Shown here: piece by piece, positions 21,346 to 30,810 of the stretch
How the letters are laid out: the number at the start of each line of letters is the position of its first letter
Position numbering within the stretch: position 1 is the stretch's first letter
Source of the DNA: Gammaproteobacteria bacterium
GTDB taxonomy: Bacteria > Pseudomonadota > Gammaproteobacteria > UBA4575
Assembly: GCA_965243395.1 (NCBI GenBank)
Contig: CBDEUS010000001.1
Location: 96,001 to 160,000, forward strand
Length of the DNA: 64,000 nucleotides
Direction of reading: 5' to 3'
The notes under the pieces: model-generated
The model's input: the letters and a program-made list of their open reading frames with translations, nothing else
The model's database searches: none
Told to the model about the DNA's origin: nothing
Program-made: the position numbers and the translations under genes

Positions 21346-21364
21346 TGAATAAGTTACTTTCGTT

Positions 21365-21730
21365 ATGGAAAAATTAGAAATTGGTGATCGCATTAAACTA
21401 TCAGGTGGTTATGATAATAACCCGCTTTGGTTGAAAGGCGGCAGTGGGTATAACGCAAAAGTGACAGGATTTTTTGACAATGAAACAGAGGGACGTAGAG
21501 ATGATTCACGTATTTCCGCATCAATAGAGTTTGATAAAGAAATTGAATATGAAGGAATTAAGGGGAAATATGGATTTATTTTGGGACGATGGGAAGGCCA
21601 AAAATGGGAAAAAAGTGGAACTGTTCATTGTCATATATGTAGTGTTCCTATTTCTAAAGCAAGTGATATAACAAAAGAAAATACTGTATGGGCAGAATCA
21701 CATGCACATTATGAATGCATTTACAGTTGA
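21365..21730 (+). CDS. hypothetical protein
   Basis: 121-aa ORF filling the interval between repeat copies 3 and 4. Confidence 0.7.
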   Translation: MEKLEIGDRIKLSGGYDNNPLWLKGGSGYNAKVTGFFDNETEGRRDDSRISASIEFDKEIEYEGIKGKYGFILGRWEGQKWEKSGTVHCHICSVPISKASDITKENTVWAESHAHYECIYS

Positions 21731-21749
21731 ATTAATTATTAAAAATTAA

Positions 21750-21779
21750 TACGTCTGCTATTGGCCGAATGCGGATATT
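21750..21779 (+). repeat. 30-nt hairpin repeat, copy 4
   Basis: TACGTCTGC TATTGGCCGAAT GCGGATATT. Confidence 0.8.
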
Positions 21780-21800
21780 TTTGAATCAGGATTTATACAT

Positions 21801-22301
21801 ATAAATACAAAAATAAAAACACCGCTAATTTATATCATCCTTATAATATATATAACGGGATGTCCTGCTGCGCATTTACAATCTAGAAATATTCAATCTC
21901 TTAAAGTTGGATTTGATGTTGATCAAAAACGAGAAAAATTACTAGAAAATAATGATGCAGTTGATGAGTTTGCAAAAATCATCAGTGATGTTATGGAATC
22001 TGAGAAATTCAAATTATCTCTGAGTAATACCTCATATGGTTTAATACCGCATACAGGTCATACTCAGAATCTAATTTTTACACTTACGAATAATTCTCAT
22101 GTTAGATGTGTGATCATGATTTCAAAAACATATTTTTCTGCGAATTTTACTGAATTAGAATCCGCTCCTGAAACTAATATGTTTAAAACAAATGAAGATG
22201 ATATTGCAATGATTGAAAATGCTGTTATTAAACTAAAGGAGTCTGTTGAAAAGACGTATCCAGAGCGATCGGTTAAAATATCCAATTTTTATAATAATTA
22301 A
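21801..22301 (+). CDS. putative lipoprotein with ATA in place of the start codon (possibly decaying)
   Basis: The frame of ORF 21993..22301 stays open upstream; AGGA RBS at 21788, then ATA-NTKIKTPLIYIILIIYITGC with a lipobox-like Cys21. Confidence 0.6.
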   Translation: MNTKIKTPLIYIILIIYITGCPAAHLQSRNIQSLKVGFDVDQKREKLLENNDAVDEFAKIISDVMESEKFKLSLSNTSYGLIPHTGHTQNLIFTLTNNSHVRCVIMISKTYFSANFTELESAPETNMFKTNEDDIAMIENAVIKLKESVEKTYPERSVKISNFYNN

Positions 22302-22330
22302 ATGACCGCTATTGGCCAAAAGCGGTCATT
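22301..22330 (+). repeat. 30-nt hairpin repeat, copy 5 (perfect stem)
   Basis: AATGACCGC TATTGGCCAAAA GCGGTCATT; overlaps the preceding TAA by 1 nt. Confidence 0.9.
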
Positions 22331-22384
22331 TCTAAAAACAACGGATATGCTCAGATTATTTTTCAGTATTTAGTAAATTAAGAA

Positions 22385-24397
22385 TTAAAGTAAAGGCGCA
22401 ATTACCAAACTTACAATTGCCATTACGTTAATTAAAATATTCATCGAAGGACCTGAGGTATCTTTGAAAGGATCACCAACAGTGTCGCCCACCACTACAG
22501 CTTTATGTGTATCAGAACCTTTGCCACCGAGGTTTCCTTTTTCAACATATTTTTTGGCATTGTCCCAAGCGCCGCCGGCGTTGGCCATCATAAGTGCAAG
22601 CAGGACACATCCAAGCAGTGCGCCTCCCAACATGCCGCCCAAAGTTTCTGCGCCAAATCCAAAACCGACCACTACTGGGGCGATGACCGCTAGCAAACCT
22701 GGTGGGACCATGCGTTTTAAAGCAGCAGTGGTTGCGATATCCACACAACGCACAGTGTCAGGTTTTGCAGTGCCTTCTAGCAAGCCGGGGATTTCTTTAA
22801 ATTGACGTCGAATTTCTTTAATCATATCGAATGCCGCATCACCCACTGCTGTCATCGTCATCGAAGCAACAAGAAATGGAAAGATGCCACCAATAAATAA
22901 ACCAATCAGTACCATTGGATTACTTAAATCTAAAACAATAGAGCCGCTACCGTGAGTACTTACTTCCGCCAGGAAAGCTGTGATGATGGCAAGTGCTGCA
23001 AGAGCCGCTGCACCAATGGCAAACCCTTTTCCAATTGCAGCTGTAGTATTGCCGACTTCATCTAACTCATCTGTGATTTTGCGGACGTCTTCACCAAGCT
23101 CGGCCATTTCTGCAATACCACCCGCATTGTCTGCAACCGGACCATAGGCATCAATTGCCATAGTGATGCCAACGGTTGCAAGCATTCCGACTGCTGCAAT
23201 ACCTACGCCATAGAGATCTGCAAATTGATTCGCAAAGAAAATAATTGCGGCTATGCTCGCTATAGGAACAACCACTGACTGCATGCCAGTAGCTAAGCCT
23301 GAAATCATTACGGTTGCCGGCCCTGTTTCACCACCTGCAGCAATTTTTCTAATTGGGCTTCCACCTGTGTAGTACTCGGTAACCAAGCCAATAATGATTC
23401 CACCTACTGCGCCAGATAGTACCGCTACCCAAACACCAGTGCTTATGCCGAGTTGTGTGATTACAAAATATGCTGCAATGATAAATATTATCGCAGCAGA
23501 AAAAGTTCCAATGCGTAATGCTGTGGCAGGTGATTTACCTGAAACAATTTTTACCAGAATGATTCCAATGATAGAACAAACGATTCCGGTAGAAGCTAAA
23601 CCTAAAGGTAAAAACATTAACGTTGATTTTTCGCCTAAGCGCTCAAGGATCGCAGGTCCTAGAGTTGCGGCAATGGCTATGGTTGCAATGATGGAACCAC
23701 AGTAAGATTCGAATATATCAGAACCCATGCCAGCAACATCACCCACGTTATCCCCAACGTTATCCGCGATGACTCCAGGATTACGAGGGTCATCTTCGGG
23801 AATTCCGGCTTCAACTTTTCCAACAAGATCGGCACCCACGTCCGCACTTTTAGTGTAAATGCCGCCACCCACACGTGAGAACAGTGCAACGGTAGACGCG
23901 CCCATTCCAAACCCATGAATAACGTTTGCCGTTGCTGGGTCACGTCCGAACATGAGATACAAAGTCCCTAAACCCAGTAAGCCCATGGCAGCTACGGTCA
24001 AACCCATAATGGAGCCACCAAAGAATGCGACATTTAAAGCCGCATCTGCACCATGTTCTTTTGCGGCAGAGGTAGTGCGCACATTTGCGCGTGTAGCGGT
24101 ATACATTCCGATGTAACCCGCGGCAGATGAAGAAATTGCACCAATTATGAATGCGATTGCGGTGTTCGCACCCAGATCTGAAATCCATATTGCCGCCACA
24201 ACAAAGGCAGCAAAGATATACATGATAGTGTATTCACGACGCATAAAAGTCATGGCACCTGTATGAATTTCTTCAGCAATTTCAAGTACTTTGCCGGTTC
24301 CGGCCGAGTACCTTAAAACAACGCGGTAGATAATGAATGCTGAAATCAGGCCTACTATCCCCAGGATGACGGGTAGTTGATGCATGGATAAGGTCAT
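22385..24397 (-). CDS. hppA: membrane-integral pyrophosphatase, K+-dependent, probably Na+-translocating
   Basis: [32 protein letters not shown] and [14 protein letters not shown]. Confidence 0.95.
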   Translation of the reverse strand: MTLSMHQLPVILGIVGLISAFIIYRVVLRYSAGTGKVLEIAEEIHTGAMTFMRREYTIMYIFAAFVVAAIWISDLGANTAIAFIIGAISSSAAGYIGMYTATRANVRTTSAAKEHGADAALNVAFFGGSIMGLTVAAMGLLGLGTLYLMFGRDPATANVIHGFGMGASTVALFSRVGGGIYTKSADVGADLVGKVEAGIPEDDPRNPGVIADNVGDNVGDVAGMGSDIFESYCGSIIATIAIAATLGPAILERLGEKSTLMFLPLGLASTGIVCSIIGIILVKIVSGKSPATALRIGTFSAAIIFIIAAYFVITQLGISTGVWVAVLSGAVGGIIIGLVTEYYTGGSPIRKIAAGGETGPATVMISGLATGMQSVVVPIASIAAIIFFANQFADLYGVGIAAVGMLATVGITMAIDAYGPVADNAGGIAEMAELGEDVRKITDELDEVGNTTAAIGKGFAIGAAALAALAIITAFLAEVSTHGSGSIVLDLSNPMVLIGLFIGGIFPFLVASMTMTAVGDAAFDMIKEIRRQFKEIPGLLEGTAKPDTVRCVDIATTAALKRMVPPGLLAVIAPVVVGFGFGAETLGGMLGGALLGCVLLALMMANAGGAWDNAKKYVEKGNLGGKGSDTHKAVVVGDTVGDPFKDTSGPSMNILINVMAIVSLVIAPLL

Positions 24398-24624
24398 TGA
24401 ACTTTCTCCCTAAAAGTTGCCTTTTATTATTGTGATGTTGTGATTCTGACGTGAAAATTTTTGTAGTCCTACACGACAGGCGCTCGATTATATAGGTAAT
24501 TCAAGCATCAGCTTATTGAATAAACTAATGTAATCAAAAAATACAATCGGCTAAAATACACTATAAATTGTAAGTGTGAATTTTTGTAGCTCGATCAAGC
24601 TCTTATATAAAGGCGGTATAACAT

Positions 24625-26538
24625 TTGGCTTCTCGGGATTTCCTTAAAAATCCAAAATTAGAAGAACGATATTTTCGTACCCGAATCTATGTTGTGGCAT
24701 TTTTGGTCCTGTGCTGCATATTTATTCTAGGGGCCAGGTTGTTTCATTTACAGATTGTAAGTAATGAGCACTATGCAACCTTGTCGCAAGAGAATCGTGT
24801 TCGCGTAGAGCCAATAGCTCCAACAAGAGGACTCATTTTTGATCGCAATTTAAAATTGCTGGCCGATAATAAACCAAGTTATCAAATCGAAATCACACCG
24901 GTTGAAGTTGACGATGTTAAACAAGTAGTCGATAAACTAAGCGCTTATATAATTTTAGAAGAACATCACTTAAAAAAATTTTTTGAAGATGTTAAACGTA
25001 AACAATCATTCGAATCGATCCCGTTAAAATTAAATCTAAGCGAAGATGAAGTAGCAAAATTTTCGGTTAATCGTCATCGTTTTCCTGGTGTTGAAATCAA
25101 AGCCCGTGCAAATCGTTTTTATCCGTATTCAGGTATGAGCGCACATGCGCTAGGTTATGTTGGACGTATCAATGCCGAAGAAGCGCAAAAACTTGATAGA
25201 CAAGATTACAGCGGTACAACTCACATTGGGAAACTAGGCGTAGAAAAGTTTTATGAAAATATTTTGCATGGTGAGGTTGGTTATCAACATATAGAGATTA
25301 ATGCGCAAGGACGAAAATTACGCATTTTAGAACAAGTACCACCAACACCGGGTGTGGATTTAATTTTGTCCATTGATGCCGATTTGCAAAAAGTTGCACA
25401 AAATAGTTTGGGCCAGCGCAATGGTTCCGTTGTTGCAATGGATCCCGTTACGGGAGAAGTTTTGGCTTTTGTAAGTACCCCAACTTTTGATCCTAATCTT
25501 TTTGTAAATGGAATCAGCAATAAACAATATTCAGAGTTACGTAACGATACGGATCGCCCTTTGTTCAATCGCGCGCTTACTGGGCAGTATCCACCTGGTT
25601 CAACCATTAAGCCAATGGTCGCACTCGCGGGCTTGCATTATGGTGCAACTTGGGCAGGCGAGAAGATGTATGCGGGGCCTTTTTATCAATTACCGGGACA
25701 CGAACGTAAGTATCGCGATTGGAAAAAAGAGGGTCATGGTTGGGTAGACATGTATAAGGCAATTGCACAGTCCTGCGATGTGTATTTTTATACTCTTGCG
25801 ACGGAACTTGGTATCGATAAATTATCTGAATTTTTAAATCAATTTAATTTAGGTGCGCGTACAGAACTAGATACCTGGGGTGAAGCAAAAGGATTAATGC
25901 CGTCCGCACAATGGAAAAAAGCAGTATATGGTCAACCGTGGTATCCAGGTGAAACTGTAATTACCGGAATTGGTCAAGGTTATATGTTAGTAACACCATT
26001 GCAGCTTGCAGTTGCAACTAGCAAGATTGCAATGCGTGGACATGCTGTTCGCCCAAGATTTTTACGTGCAACACGTAAACCAAATGAACCTGAAGAAGCT
26101 TCTAGCATTACCGCTATACCAAGCATATTTGTTGAAAATGATTTGTATTGGGATCAAATCATCACATCTATGATTGATTCAACACATAAACCTAACGGCA
26201 CAGCATATCTAACGGGTAAAGATGCAAAATATAAAATTGCTGGTAAAACGGGTACTGCACAAGTTTTTGGTTTAGCTGAAGATGAAGAATATGAAGAGGA
26301 AAATGTAGCGGAAAAATTGCGTGATCATGGACTTTTCATTGCTTTTGCGCCTGCCGATGATCCAAAAATTGCGATTGCTGTTATTGTAGAAAATGGCGGG
26401 GGAGGCAGTAAATCGGCTGCACCTGTTGCTAAAGTGGTAATGGATCATTATTTGTTAAGTAAAGAGCAACTGTCAGATATCTACCAAGACAAGCAAGAAC
26501 CTGGAATTGCATTAGCAAGCGCAGGAGTAAACGAGTAA
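24625..26538 (+). CDS. mrdA: penicillin-binding protein 2
   Basis: STIK, SCD and KTG motifs; lies upstream of rodA. Confidence 0.96.
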   Translation: MASRDFLKNPKLEERYFRTRIYVVAFLVLCCIFILGARLFHLQIVSNEHYATLSQENRVRVEPIAPTRGLIFDRNLKLLADNKPSYQIEITPVEVDDVKQVVDKLSAYIILEEHHLKKFFEDVKRKQSFESIPLKLNLSEDEVAKFSVNRHRFPGVEIKARANRFYPYSGMSAHALGYVGRINAEEAQKLDRQDYSGTTHIGKLGVEKFYENILHGEVGYQHIEINAQGRKLRILEQVPPTPGVDLILSIDADLQKVAQNSLGQRNGSVVAMDPVTGEVLAFVSTPTFDPNLFVNGISNKQYSELRNDTDRPLFNRALTGQYPPGSTIKPMVALAGLHYGATWAGEKMYAGPFYQLPGHERKYRDWKKEGHGWVDMYKAIAQSCDVYFYTLATELGIDKLSEFLNQFNLGARTELDTWGEAKGLMPSAQWKKAVYGQPWYPGETVITGIGQGYMLVTPLQLAVATSKIAMRGHAVRPRFLRATRKPNEPEEASSITAIPSIFVENDLYWDQIITSMIDSTHKPNGTAYLTGKDAKYKIAGKTGTAQVFGLAEDEEYEEENVAEKLRDHGLFIAFAPADDPKIAIAVIVENGGGGSKSAAPVAKVVMDHYLLSKEQLSDIYQDKQEPGIALASAGVNE

Positions 26539-27669
26539 ATGGCAAGTACATACTCTATTAAAGATTCGCTTGTTAGATCTCCTATTAAAGAAGAACGTAA
26601 TTTATTTAATATTGATCCAACTTTATTTATTTCATTATTGATACTTTGTGCAATAGGGTTGGCTGTTTTATATAGTGCTACCAGTGGTGAGACTGCAGCA
26701 ATCACGCGTCAATCTATTCGTTTTGCTTTAGGCTTCATAGCATTATTTTTTCTCGCACAAATTCCAATTAAAGATATGGCGCGTTGGACACCGTGGTTAT
26801 ATGCAATCGGTATAGGCTTGTTACTAGTAGTAATGTTTGTTGGCTATAGCGGTAAGGGAGCACAACGGTGGTTGGACCTTGGTTTTATGCGTTTCCAACC
26901 TTCCGAGTTGTTAAAAATATTTTTACCGATGATGATGGCTTGGTATTTTAGTGAAAAACCTATGCCACCTAAATTAATACAGATTTTTATAGCTTTGATT
27001 ATTATTGCCGTTCCTTCGGCATTAGTGTTGAGACAGCCCGATTTGGGAACTGCGCTGTTAATTGCGTTTGGTGGAGTGTGTGTAATCTTTTTAGCAGGTA
27101 TAACATTGCGGTGGTTGATGATATTTGGAGGTCTAGCGATGGCTTCTTTACCCTTGCTTTGGTTTAATTTACATGACTATCAACGTCAACGTGTATTAAC
27201 CATGTTGAACCCTGAAAGCGATCCACTGGGAACCGGATACCATATTATCCAGTCTAAAATTGCAATTGGTTCTGGTGGCGTATACGGTAAGGGTTGGCTC
27301 AATGGTACCCAGTCACAGTTGGATTTCGTTCCGGAACGCACAACGGATTTTATATTTGCAGTTTTTAGTGAAGAATTTGGGTTTATGGGTGTAGTGTTAC
27401 TATTATTTGTCTATGGACTTATCGTGATGCGGGGGTTAAGCATCGCAACTCGTGCACAAGATACATATTCAAGATTGTTAGCGGGTGGTTTAAGTCTGTC
27501 ATTTTTTGCATATTTTATGGTGAATATTGGTATGGTAAGTGGCTTGTTACCAGTTGTGGGTGTGCCATTACCTCTAATTAGTTATGGTGGGACTTCTGCG
27601 GTAACAATTTTGGCAGCATTTGGAATTTTAATGTCTATACATTCACATCGTAAATTTATTTCTCATTAA
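26539..27669 (+). CDS. rodA: rod shape-determining protein RodA
   Basis: GAQRWL, FQPSE, QPDLGT and PLISYGG (SEDS family). Confidence 0.96.
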   Translation: MASTYSIKDSLVRSPIKEERNLFNIDPTLFISLLILCAIGLAVLYSATSGETAAITRQSIRFALGFIALFFLAQIPIKDMARWTPWLYAIGIGLLLVVMFVGYSGKGAQRWLDLGFMRFQPSELLKIFLPMMMAWYFSEKPMPPKLIQIFIALIIIAVPSALVLRQPDLGTALLIAFGGVCVIFLAGITLRWLMIFGGLAMASLPLLWFNLHDYQRQRVLTMLNPESDPLGTGYHIIQSKIAIGSGGVYGKGWLNGTQSQLDFVPERTTDFIFAVFSEEFGFMGVVLLLFVYGLIVMRGLSIATRAQDTYSRLLAGGLSLSFFAYFMVNIGMVSGLLPVVGVPLPLISYGGTSAVTILAAFGILMSIHSHRKFISH

Positions 27670-27673
27670 TACA

Positions 27674-28684
27674 ATGCATAGATTAATACTTATTATTATG
27701 TGTTTTAGTTTTGTCTCGCAAAATTATGCACAAGAGAATAATTCAATCGGAAATTATCTTGAAAGAAATGATGTGCAAAAGTTTTTAGATGATTTTTCAA
27801 AAAATAATAAATATTCAAAATCATTATTGGATGAACTGTTTAAAAATGTCACCAAACAAACACAAGTTCTTGAGGCAATACAAAGTCCTGCAGAAAAGAA
27901 AAAGAATTGGCAACAATATCGAAAAATATTTATTACAGATAAGCGTATACAAGAAGGCTTAGCATTTTGGACTGAAAATGCGCAAATTCTTGCCGCAGCT
28001 GAAAGAAAATTTGGCGTACCACCCGAAATCATAGTTGCAATAATTGGAGTGGAAACTTTTTATGGTCGTTACAAAGGCAAATATCCTGTATTAGACTCCT
28101 TAGTCACACTTGGATTTGATTACCCTCCTAGACAAAAGTTTTTCCGTAGTGAACTTGAAGAATTTCTCTTGCTAACGCTGGAAGAGCAATTAGATCCACT
28201 TAAAATTAAAGGATCTTATGCCGGCGCAATGGGTAAAAGTCAGTTTATTTCTAGTAGTTATCGAGAATATGCAGTCGATTTTAATGAAGATGGTGTGCGG
28301 GATTTATGGAGTAGTAATGAGGATGTAATCGGAAGTGTCGCAAATTATTTTAAACGTCATGGTTGGAAACAGAATGATATCATTACGGTTCCTGCTGAAG
28401 TAGAAGGTGACGGTTATAAATCTTTGCTTAGTAAAGGTCTTAAACCTGCAGCATCCGTATCAGAATTACACCAATTTGGTGTGCAAGCTGAACATAATGC
28501 AACGGCTGAACATGCTGTGGCATTGCTAGAGTTCAAAAATGACCATGATGATGAGTATTGGTTAGGATTTAATAATTTTTACGTCATTACTCGTTATAAT
28601 CACAGTCATATGTATGCCATGGCTGTGTATCAGCTTAGTCAGCAAATCAAAAAAGACATAAAAGATTACGTTGCTCAAAATTAA
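27674..28684 (+). CDS. mltB: lytic murein transglycosylase B
   Basis: IIGVETFYG, GSYAGAMG and VITRYNHS. Confidence 0.95.
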   Translation: MHRLILIIMCFSFVSQNYAQENNSIGNYLERNDVQKFLDDFSKNNKYSKSLLDELFKNVTKQTQVLEAIQSPAEKKKNWQQYRKIFITDKRIQEGLAFWTENAQILAAAERKFGVPPEIIVAIIGVETFYGRYKGKYPVLDSLVTLGFDYPPRQKFFRSELEEFLLLTLEEQLDPLKIKGSYAGAMGKSQFISSSYREYAVDFNEDGVRDLWSSNEDVIGSVANYFKRHGWKQNDIITVPAEVEGDGYKSLLSKGLKPAASVSELHQFGVQAEHNATAEHAVALLEFKNDHDDEYWLGFNNFYVITRYNHSHMYAMAVYQLSQQIKKDIKDYVAQN

Positions 28685-29603
28685 ATTTATACGAGCTAGC
28701 CAAAGTTTAGCACTATGGTTGTTAGTGTTGTTTGCTGTTAATGCTTGCTCAACGTTTCGCAGTGAACCACAAGATGGTCCACCTGCGGTAGTACATCAGG
28801 CTGATAAAGATTTACCTAGGGATGTGGTTCCACGACATGAGCCGCGGAGCAAATATGGTAATCCGAAGTCTTATGTTGTATTTGGAAAACGTTATTACAC
28901 TTTGCCTAGTAGTCAAGGTTTTGTACAACGCGGTATAGCTTCCTGGTATGGAAAAAAGTTTCATGGTAGGCGCACTTCGAGTGGTGAAACATACGATATG
29001 TATGCAATGACAGCTGCTCACACGCAATTACCGCTTCCTACGTATGTTCAAGTAACTAATTTAAAAAATGGTAGGCAGGTTGTTTTAAGAGTTAATGATA
29101 GAGGACCGTTTCATGGGAATCGTATTATTGATTTGTCATATAGCGCAGCAAGAAAGTTAGATATTATTCGTGAAGGCACTGGGCTAGTAGAGGTTCGCGC
29201 TTTAGACCCGCATAATTATCGCGCAAATAATTCCTTAAACAGAAAAGACTATAGTGTTAAAGAAAAAAACACTAAACAACAGGAAACTATAGAACAGCAA
29301 GCAGTTTATAGTTCAGAGGACAATGTAGAAGATACAGTTGATGACACTGCAACTGTTTCTAGTTCAGATCCAAAGTTATTTATACAAGTAGGCGCTTTTG
29401 GGGAACGTAAGAATGCTGATCAGCTTATGAATCAGCTTAGTCCTCTCAACTTAGGGAAGGTATTTGTTTCATCTGTAATTCAAAATTCACAACAGCTCCA
29501 TCGTGTACGCATAGGGCCTATTAGCAATGTTGAGTTAGTAGATAAAACTGTTGCACAATTAACTTCAATGGGAATGAAGGATCATCAAGTAGTGATTGAA
29601 TAA
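28671..29603 (+). CDS. rlpA: septal ring lytic transglycosylase RlpA
   Basis: Lipobox, GIASWYG, TAAH, RVNDRGPF and a C-terminal SPOR domain. Confidence 0.95.
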   Translation: MLKIKFIRASQSLALWLLVLFAVNACSTFRSEPQDGPPAVVHQADKDLPRDVVPRHEPRSKYGNPKSYVVFGKRYYTLPSSQGFVQRGIASWYGKKFHGRRTSSGETYDMYAMTAAHTQLPLPTYVQVTNLKNGRQVVLRVNDRGPFHGNRIIDLSYSAARKLDIIREGTGLVEVRALDPHNYRANNSLNRKDYSVKEKNTKQQETIEQQAVYSSEDNVEDTVDDTATVSSSDPKLFIQVGAFGERKNADQLMNQLSPLNLGKVFVSSVIQNSQQLHRVRIGPISNVELVDKTVAQLTSMGMKDHQVVIE

Positions 29604-29664
29604 AAGTAATTTTTTGAGTAGGACTTATCAAGTTTAAAATTTTCAGGATATAAAGTTAATTTTC

Positions 29665-30804
29665 ATGAATAAAAAATATATCGTCATATTTATTTTCATT
29701 TTATTTGCAAATGTGACAATCCATGCGGAGTCATTACCTGTTCCTGCACCTCCACAATTTGATGCAAGCAGTTATGTTTTGATGGATTTTGCCAGCGGAG
29801 CAACTTTAGCAGAACATAATCCAAATGAACGCGTAGATCCTGCCAGTATTACTAAAATCATGACGGCCTATGTAGTGTATAAATCATTAGCTGCCGGGGA
29901 TATTAAAATCCATGACATAGTAGAAATAAGTGAAAAAGCATGGCGCAGTATTGGTTCAAGAATGTTTATTGAGGTTGGTAACAAGATCATTTTAGAAGAT
30001 TTATTGCTAGGTATGATTATTCAATCCGGTAATGATGCCAGTATCGCTCTGGCTGAGCATGTAGGCGGTACTGAAAAAGCGTTTGCAGATATTATGAACG
30101 CTGAAGCAAAACATTTAGGTATGCGTGATACTCATTTTGTGAATGCTACCGGTTTGCCTGATCCAGAACACTTTACTACGGCTGCTGACATTGCTGTGTT
30201 GTCACGCGCCATGATTCACGATTTCCCTGAAGAATATAAGCGCTATGCTCAAAAAGAATATACCTACAATGATATTAAGCAATTCAATCGGAATCGTTTG
30301 TTATGGCGTGACAGTGCAGTAGACGGAATTAAAACAGGTCACACCGAAGCCGCTGGGTATTGCTTAGCGTCTTCTGCTGTTAAGAATGATATGCGATTGA
30401 TATCCGTAATAATGGGTGCCGATAGTGATAAATCGCGTACCGTCAATAGTCAAGCCTTACTGAATTATGGCTTCAGATATTATGAATCACACAAATTATA
30501 CCAGGCAGGAGAGACTTTACTTGAGCGACGTATGTGGAAGGGCGAAAGTAAATTGATTCAATTAGGTTTAGATCAAGATCTTTTTGTCACAATTCCAAGA
30601 GGTAAATATGATGACTTAAAAGCGTCAATGAATATTGACGACGAAATTGTTGCACCAGTTAATCAAGGAGACCAGGTTGGTATTGTAAAAATAACTCTCA
30701 AAGGTGAAGATTATTTAGAGACACCTTTAGTGGCTTTGCAATCAAATCCTGAAGGTGGTTTGTGGCGTAGTGTTGTAGATTTCTTTGTTCAATTTTTCAG
30801 TTAA
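29665..30804 (+). CDS. dacA: D-alanyl-D-alanine carboxypeptidase (PBP5/6)
   Basis: PASITK, SGN and KTG motifs. Confidence 0.92.
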   Translation: MNKKYIVIFIFILFANVTIHAESLPVPAPPQFDASSYVLMDFASGATLAEHNPNERVDPASITKIMTAYVVYKSLAAGDIKIHDIVEISEKAWRSIGSRMFIEVGNKIILEDLLLGMIIQSGNDASIALAEHVGGTEKAFADIMNAEAKHLGMRDTHFVNATGLPDPEHFTTAADIAVLSRAMIHDFPEEYKRYAQKEYTYNDIKQFNRNRLLWRDSAVDGIKTGHTEAAGYCLASSAVKNDMRLISVIMGADSDKSRTVNSQALLNYGFRYYESHKLYQAGETLLERRMWKGESKLIQLGLDQDLFVTIPRGKYDDLKASMNIDDEIVAPVNQGDQVGIVKITLKGEDYLETPLVALQSNPEGGLWRSVVDFFVQFFS

Positions 30805-30810
30805 AGATCT

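Noticed and set aside
20653-22330. Classical integron attC sites or a CRISPR array
   Set aside because: The repeats are only 30 nt with no conserved RYYYAAC/GTTRRRY boxes; the TAAC...GTTA around copy 3 is not repeated at the other copies. The spacers are 185-521 nt whole genes, and there is no intI or cas gene in the window.
20653-22330. Repeats as simple Rho-independent terminators
   Set aside because: Most copies lack a U-tract, three have broken stems, and the 12-nt loop sequence is conserved. Copy 5, between convergent genes, could still terminate incidentally.
22464-24188. Numerous 60-140 aa antisense or alternate-frame ORFs within hppA, the RND permease, ppc, mtkAB and ilvD
   Set aside because: Shadow ORFs of well-supported genes with no recognisable motifs
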